DNA of 57,363 nucleotides, taken from the IMG/VR virus record IMGVR_UViG_3300020420_000002, positions 1-57,363 of that record. The stretch is one strand, 5' to 3'. Of the stretch, positions 45,296-54,922 are shown piece by piece. Every line of letters starts with the position of its first letter. Positions within the stretch are counted from its first letter, which is position 1. This stretch comes from a virus (taxonomy: Duplodnaviria > Caudoviricetes). A program made the position numbers and the translations under genes. The notes beneath the pieces are model-generated. The model was given only the letters and a program-made list of their open reading frames with translations. It was not told the DNA's origin and made no database searches.

Positions 45296-46915
45296 ATGGA
45301 ACAGAAATTTATAGAGATATTTACAGGTCTTAAAAGAGACTATGGTTATGCAGATATAAACTCTGCATTTAAAGACCCATCGACTGGTAAATTAAAATTA
45401 AAGTACGGATGGGCAGCTAAAGAATTAAACGAATCAGATTACATAGCACATTTAAATGGTTCTAAATCTATAGGTATTCAACCCTGTGATGATGATGGGT
45501 TAGCACGATTTGGTGCAATAGATATAGACTCTGAGGCATACAATGATTTTAATATTAGAAAATACCTGGAGATTATTGATCAAAAAAATTTACCAGTGGT
45601 ACCTGTTAAATCTAAAAGCGGTGGTCTTCATATCTATGTATTTTTAAAAGAACCAGTAAAGGCTTCTTTCATAAGAAATTTTTTAGATAAATTATTATTT
45701 ACATTTAATTTAAAAGCTTCAACTGAAATTTTTCCTAAACAAACTCAATTAGGAGTGGGATCTGATGGTAAAGCTATAAACGGAAACTTTATTAATCTTC
45801 CTTATTACAATCGCAAAGAACGAGTAGGTGTTAATTTAGATGGGAGTGAGTTTACTTTTGATCAATTTATAAAAGTCGTGGAGTCTAACACAAAGACAAA
45901 AGAAGATCTAGAAAACTTTGCTAACGATTTAATAAAATTAGAATTGACAGGAGGTGCCGACGAGTTCGTAGACGGACCAGTTTGTTTACAAAGATTATCA
46001 AAATCTAAGTTAGATGATTATCGAGACAGGTTTATTTATAACTATATGGTGTTTGCTAAAAAGAAATATCCAGATAATTGGGAAGATAAAGTATTAGAAG
46101 CCGCTAGAAATTACATTGTGTATGATAGTGTTTGGGGTGATGAAAAAGTAAAACAAAAAGTTAAAGCTTGGAAAAAAGATACTGCAGGACATACCTGTCT
46201 AGAAGAACCTATTTATAGTATGTGTGTTAAATCAGAATGTTTAAAAAGAAAGTTCGGTGTAGCATCTGACAAAGTAAAAAAATTTCCAACTCTTTCAGCG
46301 TTGATTAAAATAGATTACTCTCCAGATCCAGAGTTTAGGTTTACTGTGCACTACAATGATAAAATTGAAGGTGAAACTACTCAGCAAATAATAGCTAGAG
46401 ATATTAATTATATAATGGACCAAGAAAAATTAAGACGTTTAATTGGGGCTCACACACCTATTCCACCCCCACGAATCAAAGGTGATGATATGCAAAATAT
46501 ATTAGACAATTTATGGCAAGGTATGAAAACAGAAAAGGCTCCTCCAGGCACATCGCCAAAAGAAATTCTTCATAAACATTTAGATGATTATATTCATGGA
46601 GTGCCAGCAGTGAGTGATGCATCATTTAGAAGTGGCAGTACTTTAATTGATGATGGATATGCTTACTTTGTGTTTGACCCTTTTTATAATTTTTTAAAAA
46701 ACAAAGAATGGAAATCTAAAATAGACAGAACAGGTCAAATGATGATGGATTTTTTTAACGCTGAGTTAAGAAGTTTAAAAAGATATCCTAAAAAAGAAAG
46801 TGAAAAGAAATCCCATAACCCAGTAAGATGTGTAAAAGTATCTATGACTTATTTTCAAAGAGAAGAAAACAAAGTAGAGATTTTACCAATGAAAAGTAAA
46901 ACTAATATTCTTTAA
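45296..46915 (+). CDS. AEP-superfamily DNA primase
   Basis: GAIDID, SKSGGLHIY, GNFINLPY; ATG at 45296. Confidence 0.85.
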   Translation: MEQKFIEIFTGLKRDYGYADINSAFKDPSTGKLKLKYGWAAKELNESDYIAHLNGSKSIGIQPCDDDGLARFGAIDIDSEAYNDFNIRKYLEIIDQKNLPVVPVKSKSGGLHIYVFLKEPVKASFIRNFLDKLLFTFNLKASTEIFPKQTQLGVGSDGKAINGNFINLPYYNRKERVGVNLDGSEFTFDQFIKVVESNTKTKEDLENFANDLIKLELTGGADEFVDGPVCLQRLSKSKLDDYRDRFIYNYMVFAKKKYPDNWEDKVLEAARNYIVYDSVWGDEKVKQKVKAWKKDTAGHTCLEEPIYSMCVKSECLKRKFGVASDKVKKFPTLSALIKIDYSPDPEFRFTVHYNDKIEGETTQQIIARDINYIMDQEKLRRLIGAHTPIPPPRIKGDDMQNILDNLWQGMKTEKAPPGTSPKEILHKHLDDYIHGVPAVSDASFRSGSTLIDDGYAYFVFDPFYNFLKNKEWKSKIDRTGQMMMDFFNAELRSLKRYPKKESEKKSHNPVRCVKVSMTYFQREENKVEILPMKSKTNIL

Positions 46916-48360
46916 TGACTGTAGTTACCAAAATCTACGGACCACCTGGTACAGGTAAAACAGAAAAATTAATTAGAAGAGCGATGGCCTATATCAGAAT
47001 AGGAACACCAATTGATAAGATAGGTTACTTTGCTTTTACACGTAAAGCAGCTAACGAGGCCAAGGATAGAATGCTTAAAAAGAACCCTAAATATAAAAAG
47101 AAACAATTAAAATATTTTCAAACTTTACACTCTTTAGCTTTTCATAGTTTAGGCTTACGAGAAGAGAACGTTATGCAAGATTATCATTACAATGATTTTG
47201 GAAAAGAGCTCAGTATAAGAGTCAACGCTAAAAAAGATGCCGATGCCTCACCTTATTTAACTTGCGATAATGAATATTTTCAAATCATACTGAAAGCAAA
47301 AGAAAAAGATATTCCTGTATGGGATGAATTTTGTACAGGAGAACATTCAACTAATGTGGACCCAGATTTATTAAAACACATAGAAGCAAATTATAATAAA
47401 TATAAACACCCGGACATAAATAATTTAATAGATTTTACTGATATGATTCACGACATCGTAAGTAATCCTAAAAAAATTCCTGAGTTTGATGTGGTCTTTA
47501 TTGATGAAGCTCAGGATCTTTCACCCATACAATGGAAACTTTATGACATATTAAAATCTAAATCAAAAAATATTTATTTAGCAGGAGATGACGACCAAGC
47601 TATCTATGGTTGGGCAGGTGCAGACGTGGATAGATTTATACAAGAACCAGCAAAAGAAAAAGTACTATCTAAATCTAGAAGGATTCCAAAAGCAGTTCAA
47701 GATATTTCAGAAATTATTACAGCACGAATCGAAGGACTTCGAGCAACAAAAAATTATTTACCTAGAGCTGAAGAAGGATTATGTAGTAAAATCAATAGTT
47801 TAGAGAACGTTGATTTGTATCAAAATAAATGGTTAATTTTAACAAGGACTATATCTAGGTCAAAAGAAATATGTAATTTATTAAAAGTAAAAGGTCTATA
47901 TTTTGAAAACAAACATCAAAAAAGTTACAACACCAAACTTTATAAAGCAATAATTAATCACACCAAATGGTTAAATGGAGAAAAGATAGCTGACACAGAA
48001 CTAGAAGATATTAAAGAATACATGGGAAATAGAGAGCTTAAAAAAGATTTAAAATGGTTTGAATGTTTTGACAACGCATCCGCAGAAGATAAAATTTATA
48101 TAAGATTATTGTTATCTTACAAAGAAAAATTAAGTGAAGAGGCACGAATCAAAGTTTCAACTATTCATGCAGCAAAAGGAGGTGAATGTGAAAATGTAAT
48201 TTTAGTATTAGACAATGCTAAAAAAATAAGAGAGGCTACTACCAAAAGCATAATAAAGCGTGACGAAGAGCATAGAGTATGGTATGTAGGTTGCACTAGA
48301 GCAAAAAGAAATTTATATTTAATGAGAGCAAAAATAGAACGAAAGGGTTATCAGTTATGA
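46915..48360 (+). CDS. UvrD/Rep-like SF1 helicase
   Basis: GPPGTGKT, IDEAQDL, GDDDQAIY, STIHAAKGGE, YVGCTRAK. Confidence 0.92.
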   Translation: MTVVTKIYGPPGTGKTEKLIRRAMAYIRIGTPIDKIGYFAFTRKAANEAKDRMLKKNPKYKKKQLKYFQTLHSLAFHSLGLREENVMQDYHYNDFGKELSIRVNAKKDADASPYLTCDNEYFQIILKAKEKDIPVWDEFCTGEHSTNVDPDLLKHIEANYNKYKHPDINNLIDFTDMIHDIVSNPKKIPEFDVVFIDEAQDLSPIQWKLYDILKSKSKNIYLAGDDDQAIYGWAGADVDRFIQEPAKEKVLSKSRRIPKAVQDISEIITARIEGLRATKNYLPRAEEGLCSKINSLENVDLYQNKWLILTRTISRSKEICNLLKVKGLYFENKHQKSYNTKLYKAIINHTKWLNGEKIADTELEDIKEYMGNRELKKDLKWFECFDNASAEDKIYIRLLLSYKEKLSEEARIKVSTIHAAKGGECENVILVLDNAKKIREATTKSIIKRDEEHRVWYVGCTRAKRNLYLMRAKIERKGYQL

Positions 48361-48599
48361 CAGTTAAGAATATATTTGACGAAGCTTTTCCTCAATATAC
48401 GCAGGTCGGTGGGAATCACTACACTAAGTTTCCTATTCAGCCATACGAATTTATTTCAAAAAATAATCTCTCGTTCTTTCAAGGGAACGTTGTGAAATAT
48501 GTTTGTCGTTATCAGCGGAAAGGGGGAGCGGAGGATCTCAAAAAAATCGTACATTATTGTCAACTAGAAATGTTGAAAATGAAAGATGCAAAAAAATAA
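48357..48599 (+). CDS. DUF3310 / SaV-like protein
   Basis: QVGGNHY..IQP..GNVVKYVCR..KGGAEDLKK..HY. Confidence 0.85.
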   Translation: MTVKNIFDEAFPQYTQVGGNHYTKFPIQPYEFISKNNLSFFQGNVVKYVCRYQRKGGAEDLKKIVHYCQLEMLKMKDAKK

Positions 48600-48765
48600 T
48601 ATTTTAATTTTGCACGCAGAATGGTTGAAAGAAAATGTATCACATAAAGCAGCTAAAGAATGTTTACAACAAGCCGAAGATGATAAGCGTTCAGAAAAAT
48701 CTTACAAATTAAAAAAGGATCGACATGAAGATACCACTATTCGAAGCACAGACAGAATGGAATGA
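48586..48765 (+). CDS. Hypothetical protein (59 aa)
   Basis: Manual translation MQKNNILILHAEWLKEN...; fills the gap before polA. Confidence 0.45.
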   Translation: MQKNNILILHAEWLKENVSHKAAKECLQQAEDDKRSEKSYKLKKDRHEDTTIRSTDRME

Positions 48766-50581
48766 ACCAGAAGAATATCCAGATCTACGAAAGTATGATG
48801 AGATTGCAATCGACTTGGAAACAAGAGATCCTGATTTAAAATCAAAAGGATCAGGATCCGTAATTGGTAACGGTGAGGTCGTAGGTATTGCTGTTGCCGT
48901 GCCAGGGAGAAAATTTTATTTTCCAATCGCTCATGGAGCAGGACCAAACATGGATAAGAAAAAAACCTTAGAGTGGTTTAAGGATATTTTACTTTCCGAT
49001 GCTATAAAAATATTTCATAACGCAATGTATGATGTGTGTTGGATTAGATCTATGGGTTTAAAAATTAATGGACAGATAGTCGACACAATGATCGCAGCGT
49101 CTTTGATTGATGAAAACAGATATAGGTTTGATTTAAATAGTTTATCTTGGGATTATTTAGGTCACGGTAAAAACGAAGCTGCTCTTAATGAAGAAGCAAA
49201 GTCTAGGGGTTTAGATCCAAAAGCAGATATGTGGCAGCTACCTGCAATGTATGTTGGATCTTACGCGGAGAAAGATGCAGAACTCACATTAGAACTTTGG
49301 CAGATATTTAAAAAAGAATTAATACATCAAGACATCGAATCTATTTTTCAATTGGAGACTGATCTATTTCCTTGTCTTGTTGATATGAAATTTCTCGGAG
49401 TGAGGGTGGACGTTGAAAGAGCTCATAAATTGAAGCAACAATTAACATTACAAGAAAAAGAACTCCTGCACCAAATAAAAAAAGAAACAGGAGTAGAGGT
49501 TCAATTAATGGCTGCAAGAAGTGTTGCCAAAGTTTTTGATAAACTTCGTTTAACTTATGAAAGAACTGCAAAATCACAAGCACCTTCTTTTACTAAAAAT
49601 TTTATTTCGAATCATGAGCATCCTGTTGTTAGAATGATAGCCAAAGCTAGAGAAGTTAACAAAGCACATACTACATTTATAGATACCATAGTTAAGCACG
49701 AGCATAAAGGTAGGATTCACGCTGACATAAATCAAATAAGGTCAGATCAAGGCGGAACTGTGACTGGTAGATTTAGTTATTCTAACCCTAATTTACAGCA
49801 ACTTCCTGCTAGAAATAAGGATCTTGGACCTATGATTAGGTCTATATTTATACCCGAGGAAAGCCATACATGGGGTTGTTTTGACTATTCTCAACAAGAG
49901 CCTAGGTTGGTAGTGCACTATGCTGCTTTACACAAATTTCCGTCTGTAAATGACGTAATTGATAATTATGAAAATGATACCTCAACTGACTTTCACCAGG
50001 TAGTAGCAGACATGGCAAAGATACCTAGATCCCAAGCTAAGGTTATAAATCTAGGATTATTTTATGGCATGGGTAAAGCTAAACTACAGGCGGAGTTAGG
50101 TGTATCAAAAGATAAAGCTGTAGAATTGTTCGACCAATACCACGCTAAAGTTCCCTTTGTTAAGCAACTTATGAACAGTGCTTCCAATCGTGCCCAGGAG
50201 CGTGGACAAATTCGAACTCTACTGGGACGATTGTGTAGGTTTCATTTGTGGGAGCCAAATCAATTTGGTATGCATAAAGCATTGCCTCACGAAGAAGCAT
50301 TACAGGAACACGGACCAGGGATTAGAAGAGCATATACTTACAAATCTTTAAATAAATTAATACAAGGAAGCGCTGCAGATATGACAAAAAAAGCAATGTT
50401 AGATTTATATAAGGAAGGTATAGTAGCCCATATACAAATTCATGACGAACTTTGTGTAAGTGTTGAAGACGAAACTCACGCAAAAAAAATAGTTGATGTT
50501 ATGGAGAACGCGGTTACTTTAGAAGTCCCCAATAAAGTTGACTACGAAAAAGGTGAAACCTGGGGAGATATTAATGGATAA
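48725..50581 (+). CDS. polA: Family A DNA polymerase with 3'-5' exonuclease
   Basis: AIDLET, FHNAMYD, DYSQQEPR, AKVINLGLFYG, IQGSAAD, QIHDEL. Confidence 0.95.
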   Translation: MKIPLFEAQTEWNEPEEYPDLRKYDEIAIDLETRDPDLKSKGSGSVIGNGEVVGIAVAVPGRKFYFPIAHGAGPNMDKKKTLEWFKDILLSDAIKIFHNAMYDVCWIRSMGLKINGQIVDTMIAASLIDENRYRFDLNSLSWDYLGHGKNEAALNEEAKSRGLDPKADMWQLPAMYVGSYAEKDAELTLELWQIFKKELIHQDIESIFQLETDLFPCLVDMKFLGVRVDVERAHKLKQQLTLQEKELLHQIKKETGVEVQLMAARSVAKVFDKLRLTYERTAKSQAPSFTKNFISNHEHPVVRMIAKAREVNKAHTTFIDTIVKHEHKGRIHADINQIRSDQGGTVTGRFSYSNPNLQQLPARNKDLGPMIRSIFIPEESHTWGCFDYSQQEPRLVVHYAALHKFPSVNDVIDNYENDTSTDFHQVVADMAKIPRSQAKVINLGLFYGMGKAKLQAELGVSKDKAVELFDQYHAKVPFVKQLMNSASNRAQERGQIRTLLGRLCRFHLWEPNQFGMHKALPHEEALQEHGPGIRRAYTYKSLNKLIQGSAADMTKKAMLDLYKEGIVAHIQIHDELCVSVEDETHAKKIVDVMENAVTLEVPNKVDYEKGETWGDING

Positions 50582-50583
50582 CT

Positions 50584-51240
50584 ATGGCTTATTTAAATGC
50601 AAATATCCCCGTCATAGAGTGTTATGTTAGGGGTAACTATCTAAGAGATCAAAAAGATTCACACGATAAATATTTTGAAGTAGGAGTATTTGGTTTTAGT
50701 TCTATACCAAATAGAGTGCCTCTGTTTCATTTCTTAATGGAGGATGGTGGCTTATGGTGGAGAGCACCCATCACTGCATTTTGTACTAAACCTGGAGTAA
50801 AAGAGCTGCCTCTTGATGAAGTGGTAATGTGGGACAGCTTCAGCTACAATGTCAGCGTCACAACTTTTTATGAATTAGCTGGTGCCACTATGCAATACAC
50901 TTCAAGACGTAAAGTAAAACGTAAAGGCAAGTATTTATTTACCATTGATTGGTGTGCAGGTGATTTTAATGAGTTAAATTTTGGTTATGCAGAAAAACCA
51001 GATCAACATAAATGTGGTCATGTATTAGAATTAGAGGATGGAAACTTTGCAATACAGCCTAATAATAGGCTTAAAATGTTTGATGCATCTATGGGAGTTG
51101 ACCCAAACAAAAACTTGATTAACAGACTTGTAACAAGTAAGATATACTCCGTAGAAAATTCAGCAAAGTGGATTACCGACGAACATGAAGAAGGTAGCTA
51201 CGACTATAAGCTGAAAAATTTAGACGAAGATAAGGATTAA
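50584..51240 (+). CDS. Conserved hypothetical phage protein
   Basis: MAYLNANIP..YLFTIDW..HKCGH..GNFAIQPNNR. Confidence 0.8.
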   Translation: MAYLNANIPVIECYVRGNYLRDQKDSHDKYFEVGVFGFSSIPNRVPLFHFLMEDGGLWWRAPITAFCTKPGVKELPLDEVVMWDSFSYNVSVTTFYELAGATMQYTSRRKVKRKGKYLFTIDWCAGDFNELNFGYAEKPDQHKCGHVLELEDGNFAIQPNNRLKMFDASMGVDPNKNLINRLVTSKIYSVENSAKWITDEHEEGSYDYKLKNLDEDKD

Positions 51241-51249
51241 GGAGGAGTT

Positions 51250-51423
51250 ATGGATCAATTAAAAAATATTATAGCAATAATATGGTCTTTTATTAGTGAT
51301 CAATTACGTTTGTTATATAACGTGGTAATGAACCCGAGTTTATTTCATCCAAGGGACCTGTTAAACTGGCAGTTTGGAATTTTTACACTCGTTATTATAT
51401 TAATAATTATAGGATTAGTTTAA
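51250..51423 (+). CDS. Small membrane protein (57 aa)
   Basis: RBS GGAGGAG; hydrophobic C-terminus. Confidence 0.65.
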   Translation: MDQLKNIIAIIWSFISDQLRLLYNVVMNPSLFHPRDLLNWQFGIFTLVIILIIIGLV

Positions 51424-51523
51424 AATGAAAAAAATGTTAAAAGATATTTGGCATCATATGTGTTGGCCATTTAGAAAAATTAAAAATCTATACACAGCTA
51501 AGAAACAATAAAAGTGTTAAACA

Positions 51524-51823
51524 ATGAACTTAGTAGATCTGTTAAAGAAAAATATAGTAATGGTACCTATTGTGGCCTCAGTTTTAGTGGGGACATTTAC
51601 AGGTGTCCGTTATGTTGTTAATCTTACAGATACTATTAATGCTTCAGAACAAGAAATTATAAATCTTGAACGAGATTTAAAACAAGCTCAAAAAAATATT
51701 TCAGAAATAAATACAAGATTGTCATCTGCTGAAGCAACTTGGCAGATGGCAGAAAATTTATACAGACAATTAGCTGATCAAGTTAGAGAAAACAGTTATG
51801 ATATTAAGGATTTAAATAGGTAG
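51524..51823 (+). CDS. Membrane-anchored coiled-coil protein
   Basis: N-terminal TM plus heptads. Confidence 0.7.
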   Translation: MNLVDLLKKNIVMVPIVASVLVGTFTGVRYVVNLTDTINASEQEIINLERDLKQAQKNISEINTRLSSAEATWQMAENLYRQLADQVRENSYDIKDLNR

Positions 51824-51829
51824 TTATGC

Positions 51830-52366
51830 ATGGAGATAGCCAGGATGAATTATTATTTTACGGGACTTCTAATATTGATGCTAACAGCTTTAGCTTTCTG
51901 TGCAACACCAGCATATCCTAGAAATGAGTATCTCAATGACGGTACTAATACTTGCAGTACTGGCGACCTTAGCTTATCAATCGAACAAAGAGACTCGGAG
52001 TCTAGGTATCGACACTATAATCCTGATAATAATTATAGCAGCCCTAGTGATGATCAATCGATAAGACTTACCTGGAGGAAATACTTAGGTTCAGCCTGCA
52101 CGAAAGAATTTAGAGAAGTACAAACAGAAAATGCACAATTAAAACAGCAATTAGAGTTGATGAAAATGTGTGGAAAAGTCAACAATAATCCCACTATTGC
52201 ACGTAATCCTAACTTCGCATTGCTAGTACAAAAATGTTCTGGTATAATCATTCCTGAAAACAAGAAGCCTGACAACAGTCATTGGGATGGTCTAAAGGAT
52301 CAATATAAAAAAGAAAATCCTGATATAAAACTAATGGGCGACAAGTTTATAGGACCAAATGAATAA
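51830..52366 (+). CDS. Exported Cys-containing protein
   Basis: Signal-peptide-like N-terminus. Confidence 0.7.
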   Translation: MEIARMNYYFTGLLILMLTALAFCATPAYPRNEYLNDGTNTCSTGDLSLSIEQRDSESRYRHYNPDNNYSSPSDDQSIRLTWRKYLGSACTKEFREVQTENAQLKQQLELMKMCGKVNNNPTIARNPNFALLVQKCSGIIIPENKKPDNSHWDGLKDQYKKENPDIKLMGDKFIGPNE

Positions 52367-52739
52367 AAAACCATTAAACATATCTGAATCTGCCGCCGTG
52401 CAGATGCCTATGAAAACGGTTGCTAGTCTAATTTTACTCGTCGCAGCCGGCGTCTTCGCTTATACCGAATTGACTGCCAGGTTAGTATCGTTAGAGACTT
52501 CACGTGAATTGTTTGAAAATGATTTACTCAAGAAATCCGAACAAGTGCCCGTGGATCAAGAACAACATTTTTTATTGGAAGACCTTTATAAGTCCGTAGA
52601 AAAAATGGAAGAAACTCAAGAAATGAATATGACTAACAAAGTTAATATAGAATTTTTAAGAGAACAATTAGACAAAGCATTATCTGATATTGAAGATTTA
52701 AAAGACAAAGTAAGAGCCAATGGAAAGAGTGCACACTAA
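52359..52739 (+). CDS. Membrane-anchored coiled-coil protein
   Basis: TM VASLILLVAAGVFAY plus coiled coil. Confidence 0.7.
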   Translation: MNKKPLNISESAAVQMPMKTVASLILLVAAGVFAYTELTARLVSLETSRELFENDLLKKSEQVPVDQEQHFLLEDLYKSVEKMEETQEMNMTNKVNIEFLREQLDKALSDIEDLKDKVRANGKSAH

Positions 52740-52960
52740 TGACAGAATTAATAGTAGCTTTACTTATGATTGTACACGGAGAGATCCAGGAAGCACGTAT
52801 CCAGCCTTCAATGGGAAAATGTTTGGAAGGGAAAAGAAAAGCGGGCGGCACGAGATCTGTTGGTGGAAATGTTAGATATCAATGCATAAAATCTATGGCA
52901 GAATTAGAGGAGAATATTGATGGATCCAAAAGCATTAAGAAACTTATCTTATCTAAATAA
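52739..52960 (+). CDS. Hypothetical protein
   Basis: ORF track. Confidence 0.65.
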   Translation: MTELIVALLMIVHGEIQEARIQPSMGKCLEGKRKAGGTRSVGGNVRYQCIKSMAELEENIDGSKSIKKLILSK

Positions 52961-53066
52961 GTTTGCACAAAACCTAAGAAACGCAAGATTTTATCAACGT
53001 AGAAAAAATAGTAAAAAAGTGTATAACAGAAAAAAAATTAAAGATGAATCTTTCACGAAACTTTAG
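52920..53066 (+). CDS. ArfA-like basic peptide (48 aa)
   Basis: RBS GAGGAG; MDPKALRNLSYLNKFAQNLRNARFYQRRKNSKKVYNRKKIKDESFTKL*. Confidence 0.5.
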   Translation: MDPKALRNLSYLNKFAQNLRNARFYQRRKNSKKVYNRKKIKDESFTKL

Positions 53067-53520
53067 CCTTCAGGAATTAATTAAAAGCGATACGGCCGTT
53101 CGTATGGATATTGATAACAATCCTAATGCAGATCAAATAGAAAAATTAAAAGCATTGTGTGAAAATATTTTGCAGCCAGTACGTGATCATTTCGGCAGAG
53201 TTAAAGTGACAAGCTGCTATCGTAGTGTAGCATTGTGTCAAGCCATAAATAGTTCTGTCAACAGCCAACATGCAAAAGCGGAGGCGGCAGACTTCGAAGT
53301 GGTGGGCACAGACAACGCAGAATTAGCGGATTGGATATATAAAAATCTTGAACCAGATCAGCTTATACTCGAGTTCTACAAACCCGGAGAACCCAACTCG
53401 GGATGGATACATTGCTCCTGGATACCTGAAGGCAGGCGCGCGCAGTTCTTGCATGCTTTTAAACAAGATGGTAAAACAAAGTATAAACCTGTAATAGGAA
53501 AAGCAACAGATATAGTATGA
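53044..53520 (+). CDS. Endolysin, peptidase M15 family
   Basis: LSRNFSLQEL..SCYRS..SQHAKAEAADF..DQLILEF..WIHCS. Confidence 0.9.
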   Translation: MNLSRNFSLQELIKSDTAVRMDIDNNPNADQIEKLKALCENILQPVRDHFGRVKVTSCYRSVALCQAINSSVNSQHAKAEAADFEVVGTDNAELADWIYKNLEPDQLILEFYKPGEPNSGWIHCSWIPEGRRAQFLHAFKQDGKTKYKPVIGKATDIV

Positions 53521-54119
53521 CAGAAGCAAGAAGAATAGATTACCGATTTTTACATTGGGGTCCATATGTATGTCAGTTTAAATTAATTCCGGAAGAAGTT
53601 GAAGAATTTAAATCATTAGAAAAAGAAGAAGATTATAGAGATAATTTAGCCGGCCACTTAGAAGATGAAAAAACTTTAGATAAAAATAAAGTTTTTAAAT
53701 TACTAACTCCATATTTAAATAGCTATTTCAAGGGATATTATGATTTTCGAGGCAAACCTTTAGCAAAGAGTTATGAATTAATCTCAGCTTGGATAAATAC
53801 TCAAAAAGAGGGTGAATTTAATCCACCACATACACATGATGGTGATTTATCTTTTGTGGTTTACACAGAGGTTCCTAAAAATTTAATTAAAGAGTCCACT
53901 GATAATGTTTCTCTAAGCCCTGGACCTGGTTGCATAACTTTTGATTTTAACTTGGCTGGAACTAGAATGCACAAATTTTTTTTACAAACACATTCACATT
54001 TACCTGAAGTGGGTGATGTATTTATTTTCCCCGCAGGTTTACCTCACTGGGTATATCCTTATACTAAAACAGAGGGACAAAGAGTTTCAATATCAGGCAA
54101 TTTAAAATTAATAGAATGA
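53517..54119 (+). CDS. 2OG-Fe(II) oxygenase (HxH subtype)
   Basis: WIN..FNPPHTHDGDLSFV..IFPAGLPHWVYP..RVSISGN. Confidence 0.85.
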   Translation: MTEARRIDYRFLHWGPYVCQFKLIPEEVEEFKSLEKEEDYRDNLAGHLEDEKTLDKNKVFKLLTPYLNSYFKGYYDFRGKPLAKSYELISAWINTQKEGEFNPPHTHDGDLSFVVYTEVPKNLIKESTDNVSLSPGPGCITFDFNLAGTRMHKFFLQTHSHLPEVGDVFIFPAGLPHWVYPYTKTEGQRVSISGNLKLIE

Positions 54120-54337
54120 TAAAAAAATTAAGTTTTAATTTTTCAAATATAGACACGGTGGTAGGTCACTGTCATCAGTGTGATGAAGAATCTATATTAG
54201 TTGCAATCGTTACAGAGTTTTATAGATGTACAAATTGTGGGGCAGACACCAAGCAACATGTAAATGGTAAGATAAGATACATACAACTTACCGATGCGGA
54301 TAAAGAATGGCTAAGAAAAAATGGCGAGAAAATTTAA
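54116..54337 (+). CDS. Zinc-ribbon protein
   Basis: CHQC..CTNCG. Confidence 0.75.
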   Translation: MIKKLSFNFSNIDTVVGHCHQCDEESILVAIVTEFYRCTNCGADTKQHVNGKIRYIQLTDADKEWLRKNGEKI

Positions 54338-54455
54338 AGCATTCGTCGAAAGACCAAAACCTAAAAAACGACCACGTCGTCACAAGAAAAATTTAAATAA
54401 AAATGAAAAACGTAGTTTTAAAAAATATAACCGACAAGGCCGACGAGATAGCTAG
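54321..54455 (+). CDS. Small basic protein (44 aa) ending KKYNRQGRRDS
   Basis: Manual translation MARKFKAFVERPKPKKRPRRHKKNLNKNEKRSFKKYNRQGRRDS*. Confidence 0.65.
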   Translation: MARKFKAFVERPKPKKRPRRHKKNLNKNEKRSFKKYNRQGRRDS

Positions 54456-54664
54456 ATCTGCTGTACCGGTTGGCAATAAAACTTCACGTGATAGTAGTAT
54501 TTATTTACCTCTTCAGGTCCCAAAAGAACAATTTTTTTAGAAGCTGCCTCGTATCCCACCATTAAACAATCATACATATTATCAAATGTAGAGGACGCTT
54601 GGAAAGGTTTTAAGCACTCCCCTGATACACCAGAACATAGTATTAATGTTAAAATAAATTTCAT
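54452..54664 (-). CDS. Small exported Cys-containing protein
   Basis: MKFILTLILCS; RBS AAGGGG. Confidence 0.65.
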   Translation of the reverse strand: MKFILTLILCSGVSGECLKPFQASSTFDNMYDCLMVGYEAASKKIVLLGPEEVNKYYYHVKFYCQPVQQI

Positions 54665-54672
54665 TTGACCCC

Positions 54673-54701
54673 TTGACAGTAATTAGATTATTTTATAGGA
54701 T
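54673..54701 (+). promoter_or_regulatory. Promoter of the RHH-like gene, -10 overlapping TATAGGAT
   Basis: TTGACA-17-TAGGAT. Confidence 0.6.
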
Positions 54702-54730
54702 AACCGAATAACAAGGAAAGGATATAACAT

Positions 54731-54901
54731 ATGACTGATTTTAACAAGTATCAAAACATCTCAGTAAAGAGAGAAACTTATAGTAAAATCGACAAAATTA
54801 GAAAAGTAATAGTACCTGATGATCCAAACGTATCTCGAGCACAGGTAGTAACTATTCTAGTAAACAAAGAAGCCAAACGTTTAAATGGCAAACTTAAATA
54901 A
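54731..54901 (+). CDS. Putative ribbon-helix-helix regulator (56 aa)
   Basis: Manual translation MTDFNKYQNISVKRETYSKIDKIRKVIVPDDPNVSRAQVVTILVNKEAKRLNGKLK*; strand-helix-S-x-A-helix pattern. Confidence 0.6.
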   Translation: MTDFNKYQNISVKRETYSKIDKIRKVIVPDDPNVSRAQVVTILVNKEAKRLNGKLK

Positions 54902-54922
54902 CTAACCACGAAAGGAAAAAGT

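Noticed and set aside
51524-52739. Spanin pair
   Set aside because: TM plus coiled-coil proteins precede the endolysin, but no convincing lipobox is present (LAFC is non-canonical), so they are left as hypothetical.
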